DNA of 64,000 nucleotides from Eledone cirrhosa (taxonomy: Eukaryota). Location of the stretch: the NCBI GenBank assembly GCA_964016885.1, contig OZ024741.1, forward strand, positions 126,232,001-126,296,000, read 5' to 3'. A program made the translations under genes and the position numbers. The notes below the pieces were generated by a model. It saw only the letters and a list, made by a program, of their open reading frames with translations, did not search any database and was not told where the DNA came from. Shown one piece after another: positions 43,761 through 56,832 of this stretch (the stretch's first letter is position 1; each line of letters begins with the position of its first letter).

Positions 43761-44977
43761 ATCTAATCCCTCACTTCTTCAACCTTATGAAAATCCTCAT
43801 TATCACAACCATCGTCATTATCCCTATGACCATTGCCGAAGAAGATTATTGTAATTTTACTTATCTTATCTCATCTTATCTTTACAACTATTTCGTAACC
43901 GTTAGTTTAAATACCTAACTATCTTTCTACCACAACTAATGACAAAACTATTATTTTAATTTTAATCTTTTACTGCGTTTTAACAGTGTTTCCGTTATAT
44001 TCTACGAATATAACTATTTAATAAATAGGTTAATTGCTTTCTCCCTATCACTCTCTTCCACCATCTCTCTATCCCACAGTCTCTTATATTTGAATTAATA
44101 AGCCTAAATTCCAAATACTGCTCAAAATAACTATAACAGGTTGGTATAATATTTTTAACAGGCGTGTTATTTACAAACGCAGTTATATATTTTCTCAATT
44201 AGATGATAAGTGGTTCTTTTGTTTGGAATTAAACTGAAATAAATGTGGAATTTCCATGTGTTAAGAAAATAATTTGTTTCTTAATGCATGAAAACATAGG
44301 AGGATGAAAAAGTTTGAAGTTTCTGGCGCAGTTAGAAAGACTTTAATTATATTTCGCTAACATATATTTACTGTTTGCCAATCCAGACCTAATGATTTAG
44401 AATATAAATCTAAATGGATTTCATAAATAATTATAATTATTAACAATATGTGGCAGAGAACATCGTTTTGAGCTACACATGCTAGAATGTACATCCAAAT
44501 CTCGTTCAAATAAAATACAACTGTCTTAAAAAATGAATGGTACACCGGATAATGGATTCCTACATACACGTTGTAGCTGGGAAACTGGTATAAACAGAGA
44601 ACAGAATACAAAACAAACAAATCTAGTCAATGAGGCAGCCTCTACGTGCTTGCTACATGTTCTAAAATTAGCAGCCGAACCTCCCCAAAATCACGCCCTA
44701 GGATAATATATTTACGTCACGAAAGCTAAACAAGGGAAGCAAATGACAATGTGTTGGATGGAGAAGTGAGAGCTCGAAGAAAGAATTAAAGTAGTAAACA
44801 TCATCCATCGCACAGCTTAATGCTACCATATAGCCCTTTGGTGGTTTAAACAGAGTTTACTCTGTTGCAAGCATTTGAAAAAAGGCCTCTTGTCTCAGTA
44901 TACCTCTCTGTCTCTATCGCTTCCACCACTCAATGAAGCTTTTAAAAGGTTTATGGGTACTCTGACTAAACACCAAT

Positions 44978-44978
<1 letters not shown>

Positions 44979-45070
<92 letters not shown>
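44979..45070. repeat. (CTAT)n tract upstream of the Tx1-like array; further tracts at 50893-50986, 56809-56833 and a short one at ~58858
   Basis: Direct reading. Confidence 0.97.
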
Positions 45071-45302
45071 ATGATCTAGCTGTCGTCTGTTCTACAGTGC
45101 GGATGTCATTCACTTCGCACAGAAGTTTTGTTCAAATTTATTGAGGAAATTTTGTGAGTTCAAACTTAATTTTGATACAATTGTGTAGCTTGACCCTCCG
45201 TCTGAACTGTCAGGCGGTGGGTCAGCTCATCTTTACCCCTCCTAGAGGTGAAAAACCTGTTTTAAAAAATTTTGTCTAAAAAATTTCAATCGTCTAACAG
45301 AA

Positions 45303-47204
45303 ATGTTAAACGCAGCGAACGAAAATAGTGGTGGGGGGACAGCGGTAAGAGTTGTAAGCTCGCACGCTTTAGTCCTCCCTTCCTTCCCAACTAACGTCAT
45401 AGAGAAGGAAGGAAAAATTAAAATAAAAACAGACGAATCTGCGGAGAAAAAATTAAATGACGAAAACACAAATCTGGACTTGGATTCCAACAACGAAAAA
45501 AAAAAATTTGAAAAATTGCATGACAATACTAATAACACAAACAAAGACACAACAAACACAAAAATAACAGTTGAAAATAACACCATATCAGAAAACAAAG
45601 CAGACGACAAGATTTCATTTGCACAGAAAACAAAGAAATCTTTGACTTATATAGCGGAAAACATTTCAGATGTGGTACGAAGGATCACGGACGCCAAACA
45701 ATACATAAGTGAAGGAGAGAATGGTATTTTATCCGTAAAAATGCCTCAAGAATTCACGAAAGACATTGAAAGCCGAACGGTCAAGTTTCGGACCATCAAC
45801 AACAGTACAAAAAAACCTGAACAGCCTTCTCAAGCAGATATCAAAACAGTACTCACAGAAGTACTTAATGAAACCACTTTCATAAGAAAAGACAGACTGT
45901 ATGGAAGCCTAGCAATTATCATGAAGAACGAATCGGCGGCAAAAAAATGTGCTTTGTCACCGATTCGTTCGAAAAATTTCACCTTTTATCCATCTTATAT
46001 GGGGAAAAGAACTCAACGCATATGGCTGGATGCAATGATGCCAGTTGTGGACTACTGCTGGCTCATAGCTGGCTTCATGGATCCAGTGAATGACAACGTG
46101 ATTTCCATTGGGAAAACCACAGGCAATGCGTTCAGTGGAACAGGTATAGAGCTGGTAGTGCAAATGAAGCCTGATCGCATCGCCCAAATACCCGACAGAA
46201 TCCTATTAGAGGACCACGGGTATATAAACATTAGCGTGGAGGGGAGAAGGCCGTCCTGCCATATCTGTGCAGGCAGAGGGCACCTGAAGGCCGCTTGTCC
46301 CCAACTCAACAAAAAGAAAACCCTGCTACCAACACCAGCTCCACCACCACCACCACAACAGATAAACAAACAACAAAACTCAGTCCCACCCAACCCGTCC
46401 CTCAGTAAAACCACAACACCACCACAACACAAACAGTCACAACACATTACCCCCCCAAAAAATACAGGCCCACCCAACCTCTCACTCAATAAAACAACAC
46501 AACCATCGCAGACACAACACACAACACAGTCTAACATAGTGACATCCATCTCCCCCACAAAGAAAACCAACACGGAAACATTACCAGCAAACATACCTCT
46601 TCCCTCCAACACTGAAGATAACCCAACGAATTCGGAGGAAGAAACGGAGTCCTTCAGACAGATTAAAAGGAAAAAAAGAAAACATGTGCAAAACACACAA
46701 GGACAAACAACCCCCACCCAAATCTCAACACAATCCAACAAAACAGAAAACACCCCTCCAGCAACAAACAAAACCAAACCTGCCCCTCCCCTCTTCGAAA
46801 CACTCACACCATCGGAAAAAAAGACATTACACTATACTTACATCAACAGAAACAATAATAAATTAAATGAACTCATAAACAATAATCCTTCGGTACAAAC
46901 CGAAGGTGTAAACTTTGTTTCGTCAGAAAACTACCCACATTTAAAACTAATAAAGATCCCAATGAACCTCTACCAAAAACTAAAAAAGGATTTTAAGGAG
47001 GACGTAGGACCACCCTCTGTCAAACCCATAAACCGCGTCCTACTAAAAAGCTTTCCCCCTCCCCTTCCCCTCCCCAACACAACTCCAAACACCCCAACCC
47101 CACCACACACTGACGACCCCACACCACCACAAGACACCCCTTCACCCAACACCCCCGACCCCATGGAAGTCGTGCAACTCGAACCCCGGGAAGCGGAAAG
47201 GTAG
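45303..47204 (+). CDS. ORF1 gag-like nucleic-acid-binding protein (633 aa)
   Basis: CHICAGRGHLKAAC zinc knuckle, basic KRKKRK patch, Pro/Thr-rich C-terminus; open in both copies. Confidence 0.9.
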   Translation: MLNAANENSGGGTAVRVVSSHALVLPSFPTNVIEKEGKIKIKTDESAEKKLNDENTNLDLDSNNEKKKFEKLHDNTNNTNKDTTNTKITVENNTISENKADDKISFAQKTKKSLTYIAENISDVVRRITDAKQYISEGENGILSVKMPQEFTKDIESRTVKFRTINNSTKKPEQPSQADIKTVLTEVLNETTFIRKDRLYGSLAIIMKNESAAKKCALSPIRSKNFTFYPSYMGKRTQRIWLDAMMPVVDYCWLIAGFMDPVNDNVISIGKTTGNAFSGTGIELVVQMKPDRIAQIPDRILLEDHGYINISVEGRRPSCHICAGRGHLKAACPQLNKKKTLLPTPAPPPPPQQINKQQNSVPPNPSLSKTTTPPQHKQSQHITPPKNTGPPNLSLNKTTQPSQTQHTTQSNIVTSISPTKKTNTETLPANIPLPSNTEDNPTNSEEETESFRQIKRKKRKHVQNTQGQTTPTQISTQSNKTENTPPATNKTKPAPPLFETLTPSEKKTLHYTYINRNNNKLNELINNNPSVQTEGVNFVSSENYPHLKLIKIPMNLYQKLKKDFKEDVGPPSVKPINRVLLKSFPPPLPLPNTTPNTPTPPHTDDPTPPQDTPSPNTPDPMEVVQLEPREAER

Positions 47205-47237
47205 GTCTCTACACTCTCCTTTGGCTCTGCCGCCCAC

Positions 47238-50200
47238 ATGGATGTGTTAAGAGTAGGATGTTTGAATGCACGTGGCCTGGGCTCAACTTGGAAGCAAGCA
47301 AAGCTTCTAAATGACCTCAGGTCATGTAGTATAAATGTAATGGTTATCTGTGAGACTCGAATCAGCGTCGTGTGGCAACTGGCCCCCACCTTCGATGACT
47401 TTGAGGTGCATGCATCTCTCTGTCAACCTGGAGATGGGGGTGGGGTTGTCGTACTGCTGCAAAAACACCTGGGTCTTGCCGTACAGGTTGTGCACTCGGA
47501 CCCGGAGGGTCGTTTGTTGGTGCTAGACGTTGGCAGTAGTGAAAGTGCGGCCTTGAGACTGGTCGCCGTCTACTCCCCTTTCGGAGCTGAACAGCCCGAC
47601 TTCTTCCAGCGTTTGGAGACTTTTCTGGGAACGTCGCGTTCCCTGCTTCTAGCGGGGGATTGGAATGACATCCTGGATGCACGTTGGGACTATGCAGGAG
47701 CATGTCCTAATAGAGGGGGGTGTAACAGCCTCAAGGGGTTACTCGACCGCTTTAACTTGGTCGATAGATATCGATTAGATTTTCCAACTGTGCCTACCTG
47801 GACTTGGAGAAACCACAGTGGTCAATCTAGATCGTACTTAGATAGATTCTTAGTTAGAAGTAAGGATAGGGACATATTAAGCTGTCCAGAAATGCGCACG
47901 GTTGGCTACACGGATCACAAATTAGTGACCTGCGTGGTCAATCTCGAGAAAACACATAGACAGGGTCCCGGTTACTGGAAACTTAATTTGTCTTTACCGG
48001 CAAAAGAGACTTACAGAAACCGGATTAGCAGATTAGTTAAGGAGAGGTTGACGGGTGCAATCGTCAACAACTGATGGTGGGCATCTCTCAAAAGAGAGAT
48101 TAGAACAGAATCAATAAGTTATAGCAAGATGTTAGCTGCCGATAGGAATAGAAACGAGAAAGAATTAACAGGTAAATTAGAAGAGGCAATCAAGAGCGAA
48201 GATGTGGCCAGAGTGCTGGCATCGAGGACGGCCTTGAACCAGTTTTTCGATGCAAAGCACGAAGGCTGCGTCATTCGAAGTAAAATACGTGCTCTAGGTA
48301 ATGAGGGGGCCAAAGCCGTTGGATGGGCCCGCGTGACAGAAGCTAAGAGTGGAAATCGATCCACCATCCGGTCGTTGCAAGACGAAGATGGACGGGTGAT
48401 CCGGGAGCCTAAGCAGATGTGCGAGGCCTTTCAAAGGCACTTTGCCCGATTGTTCGGGGGAGGCGAGGGTCCGGGCGGGGGCGTGGATTTCGGTCCATAC
48501 CTCGACGGCCTGCCGCGTCTCTCGAATGAAGAGGCAGAGTCCTGCGAGGGACCAATCTCGGCTGATGAAATCGGAGATGCGCTGAGCCAATGCAGCAGAC
48601 GCAAATCTCCAGGTCTCGATGGTATACCTTACGAACTTTATTTAGCAATGCCGGTCTTCTTCTCCGAACTCCTCGAAGCGGTCTACTGCAATTGGCAGCA
48701 GAACGGGAGAATTCCTTGTTCTGTAGCCAAGGGCGTAGTCACGTTGGTGAGGAAGGACGAGAACAAGGGGGATAATATAAATAATTTTCGGCCCATAACC
48801 CTGCTAAACACAGAGTTAAAGATTTTGGCCAAGGTGTTAGCAAAGAGGTTGGCGCTTGTCGTGGGTGGCCTGGTGGGAGATGCGCAGACATGTGCTATCC
48901 CATCCAGGTCCATTCACGATAACCTCCACCTCATGCGATACATCATAGAGAGGGTTGGCAACAAACCCGGCTTCGGTGGGGCCCTGATCAACTTAGATCA
49001 GTCTAAGGCCTTCGATAGGGTCGACCATGGTTACCTGGATGCGGTGCTAGCGGCGGCTGGGTTCGGTCCTGTTTTCAGAGGCTGGATCACTGCCCTACAT
49101 AGCAACCACATCTGTTCTAGGATCAAGGTGAACGGCTACCTTTCGAAGCCGTTCGAAATCACACGATCCATTCGACAGAGGTGCCCTCTCTCCTCCCTTC
49201 TGTACGTATTGACTCTCGAGCCTTTACTGAGGAAGTTGGAGTTGTTGCAGGGTATCCCCCTGGAACCAGGATTGAGCAAAGCGGTGTCGGCCTACGCCGA
49301 TGACGTAACAGTAATGGTATCAACCGACTCGGAGATCGAGGCGATCGGTACCTTACTGGAGGAGTACGAAAAGTTGTCAGGAGCGAAACTGAACCGGGAA
49401 AAATCCATCGGGCTGCAACTCGGAACGTGGAGAGGCAGACCGATGCCTCCTGACGGTGTCGTCGGACACTGGACGGAGAGCCCGGTAAAGTTGCTTGGGG
49501 TCTGGTTTGGACCGGACCTCCAGGTGGAAAAGAACTGGAACGAGGTTACGAACAAGGTGTTTGCACTAACCCAGAAATGGGCCAAGTGTAAGCTGTCCCT
49601 AAAAGGCCGGGCGGAGGTGGCGAACATTTACATAGCGTCCGTCACTTACTACCGCCTGACTGTCGTGCCTTGCCCTAAGGAAACACTCACCACCATGGAA
49701 CGCATGCTCTTCCAATTTCTTTGGAAGAAGCGTCCTCCTATGGTGAGAAGATCCATCTGCTGCCAACAACCTTCGAAAGAAGGGCTGGTGATGCCGTGGT
49801 TGATGATGCGTAGGCACGCATTAAGGCTACGGCACCTACAGGTATTCCTCACTGGTCAACCGGTGTGGGCTCCGTTCGTGAAACGAGCCTTTCCGAGACT
49901 CGTCTCGCTCACCGAGCTACAGTCCTGGGTCAAGCAAAGATCCGGAAAACTGGGAGACTGGCACACTGAGTGTGCTCAGGCGCTCAGGGCTCTCTGGCAA
50001 GCGGGCCAGGCCATCGGTGGAGAATCCACCTCAGCATTCTATAGAGGGCTGGTGGCTAGCAGGGGCGATGACACCCTTGGAGAGTCGCTGGACATGGAAG
50101 AAGACGAACTGGCCAGCCTGTTCGGTAGGACTTTCGGCCCAGGACCAATGGACAACTTCCAGAAGTCACTGGCCTGGCAGTGCTACCGGGGGCTCTACCC

Positions 50201-50678
50201 GTTCGAGAGAGGCTCTACAGACACGGGCGCCCGGGCAGGGATCCCTCAAAAAAGATTTGCCCTAGATGCGTGCGTCACGAAGAAACCGTTGCGCACGCAT
50301 TGGTGCAATGTCCGGGCGTGGCTGATCTGTGGGGCTACGCCGAACGACTGTTGTCGCGGGTGGCGCCGATTAAATTGACCGCCGAGTCCGTGATGACAAG
50401 CAAACCGCCCCCCCCCCCTCTTCACAAAGGAAGCAAAGGCGGTTTTTCTGTGCGTAATAGCCATGTTGAAAGAGGTTGTTTGGTGGACACGATTGAAAGG
50501 TCTGAGGTCAGGCAACTTCCTCTCTGGCCATAGTCTGGTCTACTTCTTCCGATATCACTTCGGAAGAAGGATAAGAATGGAGAGAGAGGTGCTTGGCCAC
50601 AGGCAGTTTTATGAAAGGTGGGTGATAGTGGCGAGAATGGCTCGTGTAAATGGGCCTTCTCTGTATACCATCCTGTAG
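47238..50678 (+). pseudogene. ORF2 (APE endonuclease + RT), disrupted
   Basis: LNARGL, ICETR, AGDWN, YLDRF, TDHK, PGLDG, DQSKAFDRV, AYADD. TGA at 48072 (CGA in copy 2), QR instead of QG in RT motif B, and frameshifts near 50190 and 50410. Confidence 0.92.
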
Positions 50679-50892
50679 GTAAAGAAGTAAAGGAGAGGGG
50701 AGCACCTTCTCCATGTGCTCCCCGGGCAAAGGATTGCACACTTTTTCGGGGGTGTGTGGAACCCCCATCACGTCCCCTCCCTTTTGAGGTTATTTTCGAT
50801 TATTTTCATGTTACACCCTTTTTACTCGATTATATGTAAACTCCCCCTTTCTATTTGTCCCTTCTTTTTATGCCTTTATGGTAAATAAAGAA

Positions 50893-50986
<94 letters not shown>

Positions 50987-51221
50987 ATGATCTAGCTGTC
51001 GTCTGTTCTACAGTGTGGATGTCATTCACTTCGCACAGAAGTTTTGTTCAAATTTATTGAGGAAATTTTGTGAGTTCAAACTTAATTTTGATACAATTGT
51101 GTAGCTTGACCCTCCGTCTGAACTGTCAGGCGGTGGGTCAGCTCATCTTTACCCCTCCTAGAGGTGAAAAACCTGTTTTAAAAAAAAATTTTGTGTAAAA
51201 AATTTCAATCGTCTAACAGAA

Positions 51222-53123
51222 ATGTTAAACGCAGCGAACGAAAATAGTGGTGGGGGGACAGCGGTAAGAGTTGTAAGCTCGCACGCTTTAGTCCTCCCTT
51301 CCTTCCCAACTAACGTCATAGAGAAGGAAGGAAAAATTAAAATAAAAACAGACGAATCTGCGGAGAAAAAATTAAATGACGAAAACACAAATCTGGACTT
51401 GGATTCCAACAACGAAAAAAAAAAAATTGAAAAATTGCATGACAATACTAATAACACAAACAAAGACACAACAAACACAAAAATAACAGTTGAAAATAAC
51501 ACCATATCAGAAAACAAAGCAGACGACAAGATTTCATTTGCACAGAAAACAAAGAAATCTTTGACTTATATAGCGGAAAACATTTCAGATGTGGTACGAA
51601 GGATCACGGACGCCAAACAATACATAAGTGAAGGAGAGAATGGTATTTTATCCGTAAAAATGCCTCAAGAATTCACGAAAGACATTGAAAGCCGAACGGT
51701 CAAGTTTCGGACCATCAACAACAGTACAAAAAAACCTGAACAGCCTTCTCAAGCAGATATCAAAACAGTACTCACAGAAGTACTCAATGAAACCACTTTC
51801 ATAAGAAAAGACAGACTGTATGGAAGCCTAGCAATTATCATGAAGAACAAATCGGCGGCAAAAAAATGTGCTTTGTCACCGATTCGTTCGAAAAATTTCA
51901 CCTTTTATCCATCTTATATGGGGAAAAGAACTCAACGCATATGGCTGGATGCAATGATGCCAGATGTGGACTACTGCTGGCTCATAGCTGGCTTCATCGA
52001 TCCAGTGAATGGCAACGTGATTTCCATTGGGAAAACCACAGGCAATGCGTTCAGTGGAACAGGTATAGAGCTGGTAGTACAAATGAAGCCTGAACGCATC
52101 GCCCAAATACCCGACAGAATCCTATTAGAGGACCACGGGTATATAAACATTAGCGTGGAGGGGAGAAGGCCGTCCTGCCATATCTGTGCAGGCAGAGGGC
52201 ACCTGAAGGCCGCTTGTCCCCAACTCAACAAAAAGAAAACCCTGCTACCAACACCAGCTCCACCACCACCACCACAACAGATAAACAAACAACAAAACTC
52301 AGTCCCACCCAACCCGTCCCTCAGTAAAACCACAACACCACCACAACACAAACAGTCACAACACATTACCCCCCAAAAAAATACAGGCCCACCCAACCTC
52401 TCACTCAATAAAACAACACAACCATCGCAGACACAACACACAACACAGTCTAACATAGTGACATCCATCTCCCCCACAAAGAAAACCAACACGGAAACAT
52501 TACCAGCAAACATACCTCTTCCCTCCAACACTGAAGATAACCCAACGAATTCGGAGGAAGAAACGGAGTCCTTCAGACAGATTAAAAGGAAAAAAAGAAA
52601 ACATGTGCAAAACACACAAGGACAAACAACCCCCACCCAAATCTCAACACAATCCAACAAAACAGAAAACACCCCTCCAGCAACAAACAAAACCAAACTT
52701 GCCCCTCCCCTCTTCGAAACACTCACACCATCGGAAAAAAAGACATTACACTATACTTACATCAACAGAAACAATAATAAATTAAATGAACTCATAAACA
52801 ATAATCCTTCGGTACAAACCGAAGGTGTAAACTTTGTTTCGTCAGAAAACTACCCACATTTAAAACTAATAAAGATCCCAATGAACCTCTACCAAAAACT
52901 AAAAAAGGATTTTAAGGAGGACGTAGGACCACCCTCTGTCAAACCCATAAACCGCGTCCTACTAAAAAGCTTTCCCCCTCCCCTTCCCCTCCCCAACACA
53001 ACTCCAAACACCCCAACCCCACCACACACTGACGACCCCACACCACCACAAGACACCCCTTCACCCAACACCCCCGACCCCATGGAAGTCGTGCAACCCG
53101 AACCCCAGGAAGCGGAAAGGTAG
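51222..53123 (+). CDS. ORF1 gag-like protein (633 aa), copy 2
   Basis: Same length and motifs as copy 1, with a handful of substitutions. Confidence 0.9.
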   Translation: MLNAANENSGGGTAVRVVSSHALVLPSFPTNVIEKEGKIKIKTDESAEKKLNDENTNLDLDSNNEKKKIEKLHDNTNNTNKDTTNTKITVENNTISENKADDKISFAQKTKKSLTYIAENISDVVRRITDAKQYISEGENGILSVKMPQEFTKDIESRTVKFRTINNSTKKPEQPSQADIKTVLTEVLNETTFIRKDRLYGSLAIIMKNKSAAKKCALSPIRSKNFTFYPSYMGKRTQRIWLDAMMPDVDYCWLIAGFIDPVNGNVISIGKTTGNAFSGTGIELVVQMKPERIAQIPDRILLEDHGYINISVEGRRPSCHICAGRGHLKAACPQLNKKKTLLPTPAPPPPPQQINKQQNSVPPNPSLSKTTTPPQHKQSQHITPQKNTGPPNLSLNKTTQPSQTQHTTQSNIVTSISPTKKTNTETLPANIPLPSNTEDNPTNSEEETESFRQIKRKKRKHVQNTQGQTTPTQISTQSNKTENTPPATNKTKLAPPLFETLTPSEKKTLHYTYINRNNNKLNELINNNPSVQTEGVNFVSSENYPHLKLIKIPMNLYQKLKKDFKEDVGPPSVKPINRVLLKSFPPPLPLPNTTPNTPTPPHTDDPTPPQDTPSPNTPDPMEVVQPEPQEAER

Positions 53124-53156
53124 GTCTCTACACTCTCCTTTGGCTCTGCCGCCCAC

Positions 53157-56100
53157 ATGGATGTGTTAAGAGTAGGATGTTTGAATGCACGTGGCCTGGG
53201 CTCAACTTGGAAGCAAGAAAAGCTTCTAAATGACCTCAGGTCATGTAGTATAAATGTAATGGTTATCTGTGAGACTCGAATCAGCGTCGTGCGGCAGCTG
53301 GCCCCCACCTTCGATGACTTTGAGGTGCATGCATCTCTCTGTCAACCTGGAGGTGGGGGTGGGGTTGTCGTACTGCTGCAAAAACACCTGGGTCTTGCCG
53401 TACAGGTTGTGCACTCGGACCCGGAGGGTCGTTTGTTGGTGCTAGACGTTGGCAGTAGTGAAAGTGCGGCCTTGAGACTGGTCGCCGTCTACTCCCCTTT
53501 CGGAGCTGAACGGCCCGACTTCTTCCAGCGTTTGGAGACTTTTCTGGGATCGTCGCGTTCCCTGCTTCTAGCGGGGGATTGGAATGACATCCTGGATGCA
53601 CGTTGGGACTATGCAGGAGCATGTCCTAATAGAGGGGGGTGTAACAGCCTCAAGGGGTTACTCGACCGTTTTAACTTGGTCGATAGATATCGACTAGATT
53701 TTCCAACTGTGCCTACCTGGACTTGGAGAAACCACAGTGGTCAATCTAGATCGTACTTAGATAGATTCTTAGTTAGAAGTAAGGATAGGGACATATTAAG
53801 CTGTCCAGAAATGCGCACGGTTGGCTACACGGATCACAAATTAGTGACCTGCGTGGTCAATCTCGAGAAAACACATAGACAGGGTCCCGGTTACTGGAAA
53901 CTTAATTTGTCTTTACCGGCAAAAGAGACTTACAGAAACCGGATTAGCAGATTAGTTAAGGAGAGGTTGACGGGTGCAATCGTCAACAACCGATGGTGGG
54001 CATCTCTCAAAAGAGAGATTAGAACAGAATCAATAAGTTATAGCAAGATGTTAGCTGCCGATAGGAATAGAAACGAGAAAGAATTAACAGGTAAATTAGA
54101 AGAGGCAATCAAGAGCGAAGATGTGGCCAGAGTGCTGGCATCGAGGACGGCCTTGAACCAGTTTTTCGATGCAAAGCACGAAGGCTGCGTCATTCGAAGT
54201 AAAATACGTGCTCTAGGTAATGAGGGGGCCAAAACCGTTGGATGGGCCCGCGTGACAGAAGCTAAGAGTGGAAATCGATCCACCATCCGGTCGCTGCAAG
54301 ACGAAGATGGACGAGTGATCCGGGAGCCTAAGCAGATGTGCGAAGCCTTTCAAAAGCACTTTGCCCGATTGTTCGGGGGAGGCGAGGGTCCGGGCCGGGG
54401 CGTGGATTTCGGTCCATACCTCGACGGCCTGCCGCGTCTCTCGAACGAAGAGGCAGAGTCCTGCGAGGGACCAATCTCGGCTGATAAGATCGGAGATGCG
54501 CTGAGCCAATGCAGCAGACGCAAATCTCCAGGTCTCGATGGTATACCTTACGAACTTTATTTAGCAATGCCGGTCTTCTTCTCCGAACTCCTCGAAGCGG
54601 TCTACTGCAATTGGCAGCAGAACGGGAGAATTCCTTGTTCTGTAGCCAAGGGCGTAGTCACGCCGGTGAGGAAGGACGAGAACAAGGGGGATAGTATAAA
54701 TAATTTTCGGCCCATAACCCTGCTAAACACAGAGTTAAAGATTTTGGCCAAGGTGTTAGCAAAGAGGTTGGCGCTTGTCGTGGGTGGCCTGGTGGGAGAT
54801 GCGCAGACATGTGCTATCCCATCCAGGTCCATTCACGATAACCTCCACCTCATGCGATACATCATAGAGAGGGTTGGCAACAAACCCGGCTTCGGTGGGG
54901 CCCTGATCAACTTGGATCAGTCTAAGGCCTTCGATAGGGTCGACCATGGTTACCTGGATGCGGTGCTAGCGGCGGCTGGGTTCGGTCCTGTTTTCAGAGG
55001 CTGGATCACTGCCCTACATAGCAACCACATCTGTTCTAGGATCAAGGTGAACGGCTACCTTTCGAAGCCGTTCGCAATCACACGATCCATTCGACAGGGG
55101 TGCCCTCTCTCCTCCCTTCTGTACGTATTGACTCTCGAGCCTTTACTGAGGAAGTTGGAGTTGTTGCAGGGTATCCCCCTGGAACCAGGATTGAGCAAAG
55201 CGGTGTCGGCCTACGCCGATGACGTAACAGTAATGGTATCAACCGACTCGGAGATCGAGGCGATCGGTACCTTACTGGAGGAGTACGAAAGGTTGTCAGG
55301 AGCGAAACTGAACCGGGAAAAATCCATCGGGCTGCAATTCGGAACGTGGAGAGGCAAACCGATGCCTCCTGACGGTGTCGTCGGACACTGGACGGAGGGC
55401 CCGGTAAAGTTGCTTGGGGTCTGGTTTGGACCGGACCTCCAGGTGGAAAAGAACTGGAACGAGGTTACGAACAAGGTGTTTGCACTAACCCAGAAATGGG
55501 CCAAGTGTAAGCTGTCCCTAAAAGGCCGGGCGGAGGTGGCGAACATTTACATAGCGTCCGTCACTTACTACCGCCTGACTGTCGTGCCTTGCCCTAAGGA
55601 AACACTCACCACCATGGAACGCATGCTCTTCCAATTTCTTTGGAAGAAGCGTCCTCCTATGGTGAGAAGATCCATCTGCTGCCAACAACCTTCGAAAGAA
55701 GGGCTGGGGATGCCGTGGTTGATGATGCGTAGGCACGCATTAAGGCTACGGCACCTACAGGTATTCCTCACTGGTCAACCGGTGTGGGCTCCGTTCGTGA
55801 AACGAGCCTTTCCGAGACTCGTCTCACTCACCGAGCTACAGTCCTGGGTCAAGCAAAGATCCGGAAAACTGGGAGACTGGCACACTGAGTGTGCTCAGGC
55901 GCTCAGGGCTCTCTGGCAAGCGGGACAGGCCATCGGTGGAGAATCCACCTCATAATTCTATAGAGGGCTGGTGGCTAGCAGGGGCGATGACACCCTTGGA
56001 GAGTCGCTGGACATGGAAGAAGACGAACTGGCCAGCCTGTTCGGTAGGACTTTCGGCCCAGGACCAATGGACAACTTCCAGAAGTCACTGGCCTGGCAGT

Positions 56101-56594
56101 GCTACCGGGGGGCTCTACCCGTTCGAGAGAGGCTCTACAGACACGGGCGCCCGGGCAGGGATCCCTCAAAAAAGATTTGCCCTAGATGCGTGCGTCACGA
56201 AGAAACCGTTGCGCACGCATTGGTGCAATGTCCGGGCGTGGCTGATCTGTGGGGCTACGCCGAACAACTGCTGTCGCAGGTGGCGCCGATTAAATTGACC
56301 GCCGAGTCCGTGATGACAATCAAACCGCCTCCCCTCTTCACAAAGGAAGCAAAGGCGGTTTTTCTGTGCGTAATAGCCATGTTGAAAGAGGTTGTTTGGT
56401 GGACACGATTGAAAGGTCTGAGGTCAGGAAACTTCCTCTCTGGCCATAGTCTGGTCTACTTCTTCCGATATCACTTCGGAAGAAGGATAAGAATGGAGAG
56501 AGAGGTGCTTGGCCACAGGCAGTTTTATGAAAGGTGGGTGATAGTGGCGAGAATGGCTCGTGTAAATGGGCCTTCTCTGTATACCATCCTGTAG
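53157..56594 (+). CDS. ORF2 APE + RT, open for 932 aa; a single premature TAA at 55953-55955 separates the C-terminal zinc-finger region
   Basis: Intact APE and RT motifs (RQGCPLS, YADD); ORF 55971-56594 continues in the same frame with CPRC..ETVAHALVQC. Confidence 0.88.
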
Positions 56595-56832
56595 GTAAAG
56601 AAGTAAAGGAGAGGGGAGCACCTTCTCCATGTGCTCCCCGGGCAAAGGATTGCACACTTTTTCGGGGGTGTGTGCAACCCCCATCACGTCCCCTCCCTTT
56701 TGAGGTTATTTTCGATTATTTTCATGTTACACCCTTTTTACTCGATTATATGTAAACTCCCCCTTTGTATTTGTCCCTTCTTTTTATGCCTTTATGGTAA
56801 ATAAAGAAATCTATCTATCTATCTATCTATCT

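Larger units (their letters stand above)
45071..50892 (+). mobile_element. Full-length Tx1/L1-clade non-LTR retrotransposon, copy 1
   Basis: 5' UTR, ORF1 with CCHC knuckle, ORF2 with APE + RT + C-terminal CxxC..H..C; ends AATAAAGAA directly into (ATCT)n. Confidence 0.95.
50987..56808 (+). mobile_element. Full-length Tx1/L1-clade non-LTR retrotransposon, copy 2
   Basis: Near-identical to copy 1 with the same 5' start ATGATCTAGCTG and the same 3' end; bounded by (ATCT)n. Confidence 0.95.

Noticed and set aside
46052-56687. Numerous antisense ORFs within the Tx1-like copies
   Set aside because: Shadow frames of compositionally biased coding sequence; their repetition only reflects the copies' near identity.
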